Shown here: one piece after another, positions 43,495 through 56,517 of the stretch
Layout of the letters: every line of letters begins with the position of its first letter
Numbering within the stretch: position 1 is the first letter of the stretch
Assembly (NCBI GenBank): GCA_951406725.2
Contig: OX597827.1
Coordinates: 31,682,001-31,746,000 of the forward strand
From: Octopus vulgaris
Taxonomy: Eukaryota
DNA: 64,000 nt
Direction: 5' to 3'
Notes under the pieces: generated by a model
Databases searched by the model: none
Told to the model about the DNA's origin: nothing
The model's input: only the letters and a program-made list of their open reading frames with translations
Position numbers and translations under genes: made by a program

Positions 43495-44400
43495 GTTGTG
43501 TTCCGTGTTCAAAACCCACCGAAGTTCAACTTAGCTTTTCATCCTGATTAATCAATTCCCTAACTACCTTTACCGTCAAACTGCAGGCCTTGTGCTTGTG
43601 ACAGAAACAATTATTATAATTATAATAATTATTATCTTTATTACCTTGTTTTGTTTTTTGTTGGGTTTTTTTATGTAAACTCTTTGTGGTCAATAAAGAA
43701 ATCATTCTAATCTGGGTTCAAATTCTGCCGAGGACAACTTTGCCTTCCTTCTATCCTTTCAAAGTTTCGATAAAATAAAGTCTTAATCTGGAGTCGATGA
43801 TACCGACTGACCCCCAACCCTTGAAACTCCTCCCTTCAAAACTGCAATTTTGTGCCTTCTGTTAGAAATAATTATAATTATCACATTCGGGGTTCCAATC
43901 CAACCGGGAACAACTTAGGGTTAACCCTAACTCTAAACCTAACCCTAAGCCTTACGTCCTTTCGAGAGATCTAAAAAATAAAGTACCAGTCAAGTACTGG
44001 TGTCGATGTTATCGACTAAACCCCTGAAATCATCAGTCCCCTTCAAAATTACTAGTCTTGTGCTTATGTGGGAAAAATTATTATTATCATTACTGTTAGA
44101 CTTTTCAATCTTTTGAGGTCGATAAAATAAGTACCAGTTGATCACTGGGGTCGATGTAATCGACTTAACCCCGTCCCCCGAAATTGCAGGTCTTTTGCCG
44201 GATTTTGAAACCATTGTTCTAATTATTAATATTACATTTGGGGGTCTGAATCCCACCGAAGGCAACTTTGCCTTCCATATCCCCTTCTATGCTTTTGGGA
44301 GATCGATGAATTGAAGAACCAGTAAAATATTGGGCCCAATATAATCGATTACCCCTTCCCCCAAATTTCAGACCTTGTAAGTATATTAGAAAGAATTTTT
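43495..44400 (+). mobile_element. Head-to-tail array of about 5 SINE family A copies
   Basis: gggttcaaattc..aactttgcctt..gataaaataagtaccagt..gtcgatgtaatcgact..gaaa.aattatt repeated. Confidence 0.8.
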
Positions 44401-44805
44401 GCTATGGAACGCTTTACAACCAAGACTAATAACTAAAATGGTTTATTCATCATCACAGCGCGAACAAGCCAGAAATGGGTTAAATTATAGTAGAACTGAA
44501 AATACTAAATGTATTTTTGAGAATATGGAAGAATATCTGAAGAATTGGCGAGGGAAATAGCTATATTGGTATTTACATTGAAAATCGTGAATTTCATTAT
44601 GTTTTTGCGACTTTCACACTGGCTGAGTATATCTAACTTGAAAACATATCGACTTAAAAAAACATTTACAAAATGTAAACACACACACGTTGGTGTATGT
44701 GTGCATGCGAGTATATGTATAGTATTTTGAAGATAAACATATTAGTACGTTATACATATATATTAGATAGATAGATAGATAGATAGATATATTAGATAGA
44801 TATAT

Positions 44806-44894
<89 letters not shown>

Positions 44895-44973
44895 GATAGA
44901 CAAAGATATTTAGATGCAAGCTATGTTTATGACATAGTAGGGATTGTATCTATGCAGTAGTAATTGACAGTGA

Positions 44974-45019
<46 letters not shown>

Positions 45020-45099
45020 AAAGTGAATGGAGTAAAAGTAAAAAGGTTGGTGGCTAAAATCAAAACCAGGAAAAATATTTTTTTTTAAACATCATAGAC

Positions 45100-45172
<73 letters not shown>

Positions 45173-45538
45173 CACACAGAGACAGAGAGAAAGAGAGAGA
45201 ATCCAAAGAGAATTCTTTGATTTTTAAAATCCATCGCCACCCTTCTCAAAAAAATATAAATATAAAAACAGAACAGAAATGAAAAGGAACATGACAGGTT
45301 TAACAGAAGGTGTGTATGTATAAATAGGGGTTAAGATAGTGATGTGTATGTATGTATGTATGTATGTACAATTAATAATATAGACTATGCTATTTGTGTA
45401 TGTTTTTTTTTGTTTCAATTCTTATAAAAAATAATTAACGTGGATGTATTTTTTTCAGCTGAATAAAGATCGATGGATAAATCGAATATATATATGTGAC
45501 AGATATGTAGATATATAAATATATATTTCAATGTTTAC

Positions 45539-45553
45539 CTCTAATGTAGCCAT
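45539..45553 (-). CDS. Candidate first coding micro-exon (MATLE) of an unidentified minus-strand gene
   Basis: caactATGGCTACATTAGAG|GTAAAC: A at -3, G at +4, phase-0 GT donor; sits in a short unique island next to CpG-rich sequence. No downstream exon identified. Confidence 0.25.
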
Positions 45554-45972
45554 AGTTGATCCGAAGGAAGACTTATTGTAAAAAGTCGTTGAAGGAAAGG
45601 CAAGATATAAAGTGAGGTTGGCGGCCAAAAACTACGCAAAGAGGCGAGGCGCTTCAGTTAAACAAATCCAGGCAATGTGCGCGCGCGTGTGTGTGTGTCA
45701 ATGTCTTTCTCTCTCTCTGTCGCGATACGATTGTGTAGACGTGTGTGTGTGAGTGAGAGTGTGCGCGAGCGTATTTGCGCGCGCGAATGTGTGCTTGTGT
45801 GTATATGTATATACATATATATGTGTGTGCGTGTATATATATATATTTATATATGTGTGCGTGTGTTTGCTATTACATGTATTTTTATTTATATTTTATT
45901 CATTTATTTATATGCGCGCGTGCGTAAGTGTACGTGTATTCATGTGTCTGCTTATGTGTGTGTGCCTGAAAG

Positions 45973-46004
<32 letters not shown>

Positions 46005-47223
46005 TGTATGTATGTATGTACGTATGTAAATGTGTGTATATGCAAGAGTATAGCTTTTATTTATGTTTCTGAGTGAGGGTGCGAGGGTGTATGTGCAAGT
46101 GTGTGGCTTTTATTTACAGTTCTGTGTGTATGTGTGTGCGTGTATGTTGCGTATAAGGAGGATTAGTGTGAGTTGACGTTCGAGTGCGACTTTGTGGAGG
46201 AGGTGAGTGGAGAGAAAGTGGAAGGGTGAGGTGTGCGTTTTATGTATTTCTATGTGCATGTATGTATGTGTGCGTTTGTTTGCTTTCTGTACGTGTCTTA
46301 TTTATAAGGGTAAGAGTATGAATTTGTATGTGTGTCTGTATGCATGTGTGTCTAAAAGTGTTTGTTTCTGTTCGTAAGTTTGTGTGTGTATGTGTGAGTG
46401 AAGGTGTATATGCCTTTGTATGTACGTTGTTTATAAGGGTGAGATTATGGGTTTGTGTGTGTGTATGCATGTAAGTGTGTGTGTGTGTGTGCATTCGTGC
46501 AAGTATGTTAATTTATGTTTCCGTACGTGTTTTATGTGTGTAAGGGGTTGTGGTACGTGTGTGTGTGTGTGAAATGTTGTGCGAGTTTGTGTGTGTGTGT
46601 GTGTCAAATGTTTGTGTGTATGTGTGAGTGTGAACGTGTGACTTTGTGGAGGGTGAGAAAGAGGAGGGTGTGTGTGAGAAGGAGGGAATCTTTGTGGGAG
46701 GAGAGGAAGTGTGCGCGCGTACGCGTTTTGTGTGTGTACGTGAGGGTTCGTGATTTAGTGAACGGCGGTGGGGGGGGAGTATGTAGAATCATCGTATGTA
46801 TGTGTAAGACAAATTGAGGGAGAGTGTGTGTATGTGAAAAAAGAAAACGAGGGGATGTGCGTTTTGTGGACGTGTGTGTGCAACAAAATTAATGTTTTCC
46901 ATTAAATGTGATGATGGCGGCGGGGGAAGAAGCTGTTTTTGAATAATAACGGTAATGTGCAAGTGTGTGCGCGAGCGCAGCGTATTCAGCCTGCGTGCAC
47001 GCGTGTGTGTGTTTTATGCAAAGGTGTATGTAGTAAGAGTGAATATATTCACCAGTACATTATGTTTTATATGGGTGTGTGTGTGTGTATCCCTATGTTT
47101 GTGTGTAAAAATAAGAAAGGGTTTGAGGGAGAAAGAGGAAGTGAAAATAAGTTTATATATATATATAAAGGGGTGCTGTATACATTCTTTGAAAGTGTTT
47201 GTGTATGTATTTATATTTATGGA

Positions 47224-47270
<47 letters not shown>

Positions 47271-47297
47271 CTGAGTGTGTATGTAAGGACATGTGTA

Positions 47298-47342
<45 letters not shown>

Positions 47343-47795
47343 ACTACGTATGTACATATACATATATATGTGTATGTGTGCGCGTTTGGGGACGATGGAA
47401 AAGAAAGAGGAGAAACAAAACGGTTGACGTGCGTTCAACATCGTCGTCGTCGTCGTAATCAGCAACAACCTTAAGTATTCATATCTTTTATTTCGGATAA
47501 ATATATCGGTGACGTTGTGTACGTATGTGCATATATCTGTGCGTATATGTCCATATCTACATTCATTTGTGTATGTGTCGCTGTGTATGTTTGAGTAGCT
47601 GTATAAGAATATTTGTGTATATGTGTATCTGTGTATGTAGCTATGTATGTGTATGTATGAATGTATGTGTATATGTATTCATATACGCGTGTGTGTTTAT
47701 GTATATGTTTGCGCGCGTTTTTATGCGCGCGCTCACGCTTGTTCTACGTTAGGTACGATAAAACGCGTTCGTGCAAGTGTATTGGTTACTAAGTG

Positions 47796-47846
<51 letters not shown>

Positions 47847-48300
47847 ATGAGTGCGTGCGAGCATTGCTAATGTAGGTAAATCTTTTGTGACTACACAAAA
47901 TTCGCGTTCCTGATTATTGTGTCACTGTGTGTGTCACTATGTGTGTGAGTATGTGTGTGTGTGTTCAAACGTGGGAGGCTTCACTGTGTGGGCGGTTCTT
48001 TGTGTATCGTCGCTGTTACCAGGAGGGGTGGGAAGGGAAGAAACACGATTCGAACCCGCGCGCTTATCTTTCTAGTTTAGTCAACATCAAATTGCACTCA
48101 CTTCAGCAGATAAGGATTATAGAGAAGTGCTAGAAACAGCAGTCGTATCGCTTTCAAATCACACGTCGTTGTATACACACACTATACACACGCATATACA
48201 TATGGGAGTGTGTGTATGTTATATGTGTGAGTATGAACATATATATATATATATATATATATACGCACACATGGATGCATATATACTACTAAAAGGTATG

Positions 48301-49049
48301 GGATCTTTTCCTTTTGAACGGCAATTTTCAACACAATTTCTAGTTAACTAAACACTTTTAAACTTCGTATACTGGTAGAATGTGCCAAAATAAAACATTT
48401 TTTTCTCTTGGCTTTCTTGAGAAAATTGTAATTTTAAAGTTTAACGTAGTTTAATTTTTCGAATTTTAACCAATCCTATGGCCTCTATTGAGCTAAAATC
48501 ATTTGCTGCGTCTAAAACAGACAACCTCCTGTCAGTAACCCTAACCCTAAATTTTAGCCTTTCGGTTTTTTTTTTCTTAATTATTAAATTAATTTAAGGA
48601 TAACAATTAAGAAAAAAAAAACCAAAGCAATGGAAAATAATTTTAATTTAACAATTAAGAAAATAAAACGAAGGGCTAAAACGAAAGCAAAAACTCAAAG
48701 CAAAAACAGAACGAATAATTTTAGACACACGCGTAACAATTAAATTAATTTAAAAATTAAGAAAAAAAAGACGAAAGGCTAAAATTTAGGGTTAGGGTTA
48801 GAGTTAAGTTAGTGACAGGATGTTGTCTCAGTTTTAGATGCAGCAAATGATTTTAGTTCAATAGAGGCCATAGGATTGGTTAAAATTCGAAAAATTAAAC
48901 TACGTTAAACTTACAAATTTCAATTTTCTCAAGAAAGCCAAGAGAAAAAAAATGTTTTATTTTGACACATTCTACCAGTACACGAAGTTTAAAAGTGTTT
49001 AGTTAACTAGAAATTGTGTTGAAAACTGCCGTTCAAAAGGAAAAGATCC
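48301..49049. mobile_element. Fold-back MITE with long TIRs (about 290 bp) and 8-bp TSD (Merlin- or Mutator-like), with telomeric hexamers in the arms
   Basis: TSD aaggtatg at 48293-48300 and 49050-49057; ends ggatcttttccttttgaacggca / tgccgttcaaaaggaaaagatcc; taaccctaaccctaa at about 48536 mirrored by ttagggttagggtta at about 48786. Confidence 0.92.
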
Positions 49050-49092
49050 AAGGTATGTATATATATGTATATACATACACATGTATACATAC

Positions 49093-49175
<83 letters not shown>

Positions 49176-49195
49176 CATATGTGTGTGTGTGTGTA

Positions 49196-49416
49196 CGAAG
49201 GGGTGCTGAAAATTCCCTGGCTTGGTTAAAAGAAAATACAGGAGAATCAGTTAATTATGATTTTATTCAACATATTCCCCTCTCAAATTGTTCTTACTGC
49301 AGCAGTCCTTCAGTTTTTCTAAGCCCTGTTAAAAAACTCGGAAGGTTGGGCCTCCAACCAGGCCTTTCTCGAAACCCTTAAAGCCAGGAAGCCAGGAACT
49401 TTTCAGCACTCCTTCG
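49196..49416. mobile_element. Mariner-type MITE, copy 3
   Basis: TA|cgaaggggtgctgaaaa..ttttcagcactccttcg; body matches 29710-29922. Confidence 0.85.
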
Positions 49417-49785
49417 TGTATATATATATATATGCGTGTGTGTGTGTGTGTGTGTACATACATACATATATATATATATGATTATGATAGATTCTCTTGT
49501 AGTGAACCACAAATGGGTGTTCATAAAATATAGCGGTAATCATATACATGTGTGTGTGTGTGTAATCATTTAACGTCTGACATGCTGGCATGGGTTGGAC
49601 AGTTCAACAGGATTTGACAAGTTGGATGACTTAGGCCTAAACTCCAATGTTTGCGTTCACCTGGTTTCTGCAACTGCATGCTCTTCCTAATTTCAGACAC
49701 TTTACAGGGTGTCCTGAGTATTTTATTTTCTAGCACCAGCTCTTGAGAAAGAGGATGAGGAGGAGTATATATCTGTATGTATGTA

Positions 49786-50669
49786 CAAGGTGTCCTAAAA
49801 GTCCCTGATCAGTTTCAATTTTTAATAACTCTTCTTAAATTTAAAAATAAATGCATTAAAGTTTGATTCAGTATAAAGGACATAATAGAAATTAATATTC
49901 ACGAGTCAAATTTTGCAACACCGCTACATCACATATGGAAAATGACATCACTTAAATGGCAACCATTTTCGGCTTCACATGCCCATGCTCTTTCCAAAAC
50001 TTGCACCATAGCACCCTCAAGAGTTTCAGACCCCACTTCTCTGATTTCTCTATTGATGTCCTCCTTTAGTTGCACCAGAGTCTCTGGTTTGTTGATGTAA
50101 ACCCTCTCTTTCGGGTATCCCTACAAGAAAAATCCAAGCTAGTCAAGTTTAGGGAATGTGAAGGCCAGTTGACATTGCTGTAGCAGAAGATTATTCTCTC
50201 TCCAAAGCACTGCCATAGCAACTGCATTGTTTTTCTTGTGGTATGGGCAGTTGCCCCCTCTTGCTGGAGCCATGTGTGGGGTCTACTTTGAATGGCCTCC
50301 ATGTTCCCTGTATTAGCCCAGATTTTTTCTTGTAGGGATATCTGAAAGAGAGGGTTTACATCAACAAACCAGAGACCCTGGTGCAACTAAAGGAGGACAT
50401 CAATAGAGAAATCAGAGAAGTGGGGTCTGAAACTCTTGAGGGTATTATGGTGCAAGTTTTGGAAAGAGCAAGGGCGTGCGAAGCTGAAAATTGTTACCAT
50501 TTAAGTGATGTCATTTTCCATATGTGATGTAGCGGTGTTGCAAAATTTGACTTGTGAATATTAATTTCTATTATGTCCTTTATACTGAATCAAACTTTAA
50601 TGCATTTATTTTTAAATTTAAGGAAGTTATTAAAAATTGAAACCCATCAGTGACTTTTGGGACACCCTG
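49786..50669. mobile_element. Palindromic non-autonomous DD41D (rosa/Visitor-type Tc1/mariner) element built from two 3' ends
   Basis: TA TSDs; arms about 49786-50134 and 50322-50669 are reverse complements and encode the transposase C-terminus (GYLKERVYINKPETLVQLKEDI..HLSDVIF); spacer on minus reads QQEGATAHT..NWPSHSLNLTSLD with 41 residues between the acidic positions. Confidence 0.88.
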
Positions 50670-50842
50670 TATATATCATCATTGTTTTAACATCTAATTT
50701 TCCATGCTTCCCTGGGTCAGACAATTTATTGAACCATATTTTCCTTCTTTGTCTCGCTTTGTTTCTATCTATGTATGTGTGTGTTACATAAGTGCTATGT
50801 GTATGTATGTATGTATGTATGTATTATGTATTTGCCATGATA

Positions 50843-51032
50843 GATCGCTAGCCACTACACATCCTTTATTTTTCTCTCCTTGTTTCTTTCTGTGTCCCTT
50901 TCTGTAGAAGAGCGTAGGCTCGAAACATTAAAGACTTTTTCCCTTCCCGAGCGTTATACTAATACATCTGTTTGTTGTCTACACCACCTGTCTTCGTCTT
51001 ATGTTTTTCTTTTTGTGAATTCTCCCCCTATG
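50843..51032 (+). mobile_element. Short element with variant minimal hammerhead motif (50898-50933)
   Basis: cttt CTGTAGA a GAGC gtag GCTC GAAAC ATT aaag; near reverse complement of 15662-15848; followed by (TA)n. Confidence 0.7.
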
Positions 51033-51066
<34 letters not shown>

Positions 51067-51068
<2 letters not shown>

Positions 51069-52176
51069 GTGTGGGGCATAAAGATCTCCCACATTTTGAT
51101 TGACTATAAAAAAAACTATTTAGGGAAAAACTGATTATATTTCTAAATAGTACATAAATAAAATAATACTTTTGTTTTTATGGGCTTTAAAAATTATATC
51201 AGACAAATGGCAGCCATTGTAGGCAATACATTAATGGAGTCATTTCTGGAAGTTCTCCATGATTCTCAGTGTCATCTCAGGTGGATTTTCATTGATTTCC
51301 TCTTTGATCCTTTCCTTCAAATCCTCAAAAGTTGAAGGACAATGTTGGGAAACCTTTTCCTTTAGGTATCCTCAAAGGAAAAAGTCACAAGGGTTTAAAT
51401 CTGGAGACCTTGCCAGCCACCCCACATCTCCCTTTAAAGAGATCAAATGCCCAGGAAACATTTCCCCCAACACTCTGAGCGAATGTCATGTTGTGTGAGC
51501 TGTAGCCCCATCCTGTTGAAACCACATGTCCTGTACCCAAATCACCCTGTTCGGTGTGCAGAAAGGCCTCCAACATTCCAATCTAGTGACTGGAGGTAAC
51601 AGTTACTGTTGCACCGCCTTCTTCAAAAAAAGTACAGGCCAATCACACCAAAGTCAGCAACTGTAAACCAAACAGTTACACGAGGAGAGTGAAATGGTTG
51701 TTGGTGAACTTCATGAGGATTATGTTCAGCTCAGTAGCAAAAATTCTGCTTGTCTGCAGCTCTATTGATATGGAAGTGAACCTCATCAGTACTCAAAAGA
51801 ACAGCTGCAGTGGGAACTTGTGCTCTGCAATGATCTGTATCATTTAATTATTGAGCCAACATCATTTTGTAAGGATGCAGTGTCAAATCAGCACGCAGAA
51901 TCCTCCTCAAACTCCAACTTGATATCCCTAGTGCTATGCTATACACACAAGTGAAACACTTTGGCAATTGCTGAATGGATGCTCTTACTGCTGCCATATT
52001 TTCTGAAGTTCTAACAGTCTAGGGAACAACTCCATCAATGTATTGACAACAATAGCCACTATTTGTCTGAAGTATTTTTATGTACTTTTTAGAAATATAA
52101 TCAGTTATTTTCCTTGATAGTTGTGTTCATTTTTTATATCCATTCAAAATGTGGGAGATCTTTATGTCCCACCCTG
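51067..52176 (-). mobile_element. Decayed DD41D transposon with long TIRs (transposase pseudogene)
   Basis: TIR cag(t/g)gtggg(g/a)cataaagatctcccacattttga with inverted similarity extending about 150-180 bp; minus translation WFQQDGATAHTT*..GWLARSPDLNPCDFFL*GYLK with 41 residues between D and D; stops present. Confidence 0.88.
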
Positions 52177-52279
52177 TATAATGCCTGCAGCCATTGGAAT
52201 CTGACAATTTGACTATAAAGTTAAGCACTTTATGAATGTGAAACCATTGGTCATGCTATGACCAGACATATTCTTTTAA

Positions 52280-52494
52280 TCATTTCTTTGTTTCAGTCAT
52301 TTGACTGCAGTCATGCTGGAGCACTGCCTTTATTTGAACAAATCAACCCCAGGACTTTATTCTTTGTAAGCCTAGTACGTATTCTATCCATCTCATTCGC
52401 CGAACTACTAAGTTACCGGGGACATAAACACACTAACATCAGTTGTCAAGTGATTGTTGGGGGACAGACACAGACACAGAAACACACAAACACA

Positions 52495-52536
<42 letters not shown>

Positions 52537-52700
52537 ACGGGCTTCTTTTAGTTTCTGTCTACCAAATCCACTCACAAGGCTTTGGTCCACTTAAGGCTAT
52601 AGTAGAAGACATTTGTCTAAGGTGCCATGCAGTGGGACTGAACCCAGAACCATGTGGTTGGTAAGCAATCTACTAACCACACAGCCATTCCTGCACCTAT
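52280..52700 (-). mobile_element. SINE family B, near full length
   Basis: Reverse complement of the 9022/31166 sequence with many CpG>TpG/CpA changes. Confidence 0.9.
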
Positions 52701-52709
52701 GCTTAAAGG

Positions 52710-53090
52710 GTCATGAATGAACATGGGATTGCACCTAGAAAGTTACCCTCCAAGGCACAAGTCCAGGTAAGGTTGTTTATGGAAGACCAGCAGTTGCCCA
52801 TGCATACCAGCCTCCCTTCTCCACATCAGCCTCCTCTCTCCACACCAGCCTCCCATCTCCACACCAGCCTCCCCTCTCCACACCACCAATGTTATCTAAG
52901 GAAAAGGCAAAAGGGGCTGATACAGCTTGGCACCAGTGATGTTGTAACTTGGTCTACAGCTGAGTGAACTGAAAGAACATGAATTAAAGTGTCTTGCTCA
53001 AGAACACAATACACAGCTCGGTCTGGGAATCAAACTCACAACCACACAATTGTGAACTCAACACTCTAACCACTGAGCCACACACCTGTG
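52710..53090 (-). mobile_element. SINE family C with internal tandem amplification of ccagcctcccctctccaca
   Basis: Homologous to 7712-8050; about 4 copies of a roughly 19-nt unit at 52807-52882. Confidence 0.85.
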
Positions 53091-53943
53091 TTTAACTTCA
53101 TGTAAATATATATATATCCTTTATCTTTTCCTTGTTTCACTCATCAGACTGTGGTCATACACATATACTACCTTGAAGGACTTTTAGTTAAATAAATCAA
53201 CCACAGGACTTAATTTTTCTCAAGTCTGGTACTTTATCTTATCACTCTTTTTTGCTGAACCACTAAATTAAGGGTGAGTGTAAACAACCCGACACTAATT
53301 GTGAAGGTGTTGTGCAGGGAACAAACACAGAGAGAAAGATACACACACATGCATGCATGCACACACATGCATTGCATATTTGCAACAGGCTTCCACAAGG
53401 TTTCCATTTGCCAAATTCATCCACAAGACATTAATCAGTCTGCAGCTTCAGTAGAAATCACTTGCCCAAACAACATTGTGGGATTGAACTTGAAACCATG
53501 TGGTTGCAAATTGAGCGTCTTAACCACACAACCATGTATGAGTGTTTGTGTATGTGCATGTGCATTATGTGGGCATGTATGTATAAATGTATGCATATTT
53601 GTGTGCATATAGATACATGTATATACATGTGTGTGTGCATAAGTGTATGCATATTTGTATACATCTATATATTTATTTCTTTATTGCTCATAGGGGGCTA
53701 AACATAGAGGGGACAAACAAGGACAGACAAACGGATTAAGTAACTGTTACTTATTTAATTGACCCCAAAAGGATGAAAGGCAAAGTCGACGTCAGCGGAA
53801 TTTGAACTCAGAACGTAATGGCAGACAAAATACTGCTAACGATTCTGCCAGCTCACTGTGTATTTGTATGCATATAGATAGGAGGGGGTGCATGTGTGTG
53901 TATGTGTGTGTGTGCATAGAGATAGATATATATATTTAAACAT

Positions 53944-54047
53944 TCACCTGAGGAGGTGCATTTTACATCTCGGATGTATGATAATGATTACACCACATCT
54001 CACCAATGCACTACAGATGTAAAAATGTTCCAAAACAATCGTAGTGA
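53944..54047 (+). ncRNA. Decayed type I hammerhead motif with elongated stem II
   Basis: tcac CTGAGGA gg.gcattttacatct..agatgtaaaaatgttcc AAAAC aatc GTA gtga; stem I tcac/gtga; two G>A changes at CpG positions would restore GAAAC and the palindrome ACGATCGT. Confidence 0.65.
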
Positions 54048-56517
54048 TTTTACATAAAAAATATCATTCATTCCATTTTATGTTTGTGTGTTATGCTTTG
54101 AAGCAGTAGACTACCCAGAAATCTTCAACTTGGATCCAGCAAAAGAATACACTCCAAATCCTTGTTAGAATACTCATGCAAGCAAAGCAAAGACTGATTA
54201 AACTGTAACAGCTTGGAGTCATAAAATGGTTGATAATAAAGTCAAACTAATTATAGATATTCTGAATGTATTTAATACATTTGTTTCAGATGATTATGCG
54301 AGAGAGAAAGAATTCGTCTTTTACATAAAACTTTCTTCAGTTAAGACATTTTTAAATATATTCCTTATAAAATAAAGATAAAAGAATGCAAATTGCTTAA
54401 ATTCACAACTTAATGGCAGTGATATGAAAAGGAAAAGGAAAAAAGAAGAAACAGGGACAAAGGAAAATATAAATCAAACCCTAAAATTTGTTTTCAATTT
54501 TTTAGGTTTCAAATTTGCCAAAAGAATCTACCTCGGTTTGTCAGATGAAAGACCATTTTTTTTTATGGCAATAGTTGGCTGGTTTAACAGGATCCAGCTA
54601 ACCCCACTGTTGGCTTTGGCATGGCTTCCACAGCAAGACATCCTTCCTAATGCCAAACACCTAATAGAGTCTACTGGGTCCTATTGTTGTTTTTTTTCTT
54701 GCCCACAGCACTAGTGAGGTGACCAAGTAATCTAGCCTCACAGAAAAGGGAAAAAGACCCCATGACTATGTGTTGATGGGAAGTATTGCAAGGAGGAGGT
54801 GACTTTATACCAGATACAGATGTACGACAGAGGGACAAGAATAAGTATCCTGCATTGATGCGGTTACATGGTTGCTCCCCCTTCCCCCATTAGGCTTATT
54901 TTTCTTTAGGCCAGCAGACTTGTATTAGTTGTTTTGATGTGTGTGTTCGTGCATTAATTGTATTGTGATACATGTATGGTTCCCATACCAAAATTTTAAT
55001 TAAAACAAACAAATTAACACATGACAGCTGAAGCACAGCCCTAATGGTCAAAAAGCCTTTAGTAAGAAAATTTTAATGAATTTGCTAAGAATATAAGAAA
55101 TAACACAGATGCCAAATAGTTGGATAGCTGAGTTGACACCACAACCAAACCACAGTAGTTCCACTTAATTGGTCAATTAACAAGCCAATCAGAGTCAAAC
55201 CAACACATGAATCAACTTTCTAGAACTTTCTCATTTAGCCCTGTATAAAGGTGGATTTTGGTGGTAACCCCAGAATGTTGAGGCCATTTCTGAACTTCTC
55301 AAGTCTTCATTATCTCACCAGTTATTGGCAAATAGAAGACACAGATTTTGTTGTCATAAATATGGAGCAATCATTTTCCAATTGTGATAGGCCAACCTCA
55401 ATTGCTATGCCTGTTAAATTGTTGTAGATCCCAACAATGTGTCTCTCCCAGTGTGTAACTGACATTGTTATTTTTTATCCCAGGATCAACACAGAAAGCA
55501 GTGTGAGCAGTAAATAAAAAGCTGTTGTTTGCAAGTGCTGTTCATTACTCCTATGCCCAACCCTAGAAATACGTTTTCATTCACCAGCAACAACCACAAC
55601 AACAACAACAAATCCAAAACATATTCAATTCTTAAAAATAAAACCCATGAAGGTATGGACACACTGAACTTCATTGTTCAAACCAGTTGTAAAAAACTAA
55701 TAAGAAAACACCAAAAATCTAAAATAAAAAAAACCCATAAACCTTGAATACAGTTTATAAAAGAAAAGCTGTTGCTTATGTGCATTTGTGTGTAACCCAA
55801 CACAATGTGTTGCATGGACAGGCCATCAGCAACAAAACTGGCAACATTACCAAGCTGCCAAGAAAGCAGGGTAGGTTTTGTTGGATTCTTTGCAGATGGA
55901 AAACAAAACCTGTCAAAGGGAAGATGAACTTGGTAGAGTCAATGGCCACCCAACAAATGGGAGTCAGAGACCCGTCTGTTACCCTTTGTTTAGACATCTC
56001 TCTAAGATAAGAAAAACTCTAATGTAACATTTGTGGCTTTGTTTGCATCCAGTGATGTAGATTAATCTTTCCTCTTGAGAAAATATATATATGTTGTTTA
56101 GAGAGTGGGATTGACTCTGTGAAGGCCTTTCTGTAATTTAAAAGGAACAGGCATCAATTGATTTTTAAAATCTTTGTTATGTCTAATATATTATGGCTGG
56201 CCATAGCTTTTAAAAAGCAAAAACATACAAAGAAAAATTCCATGATGGCATGAAAGCATGAATCAGTATCGTTGGTAAGTTTGCCTAACACCTATTGCAA
56301 GAGGTGTCCATTGTTTTCACACTTGTGAGAAAGAGCGTAAGTTCCTAACAGGACTGAAGAACTACATCCAGTATTCCTCAAAGCAGCTTGATTTCTAGCA
56401 GCACCATCACTTGAACAATCAAATTGCAGCCATCATGTGCATGTGAGTGTGTGTGTGCATGTGTACATACATGTATGTGTGTGTGTAAATATATATATAT
56501 ATATTGTGTATATGTAT

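Noticed and set aside
45539-45553. Huntingtin N-terminus (MATLE)
   Set aside because: Only five residues match, and the expected KLMKAF continuation is absent.
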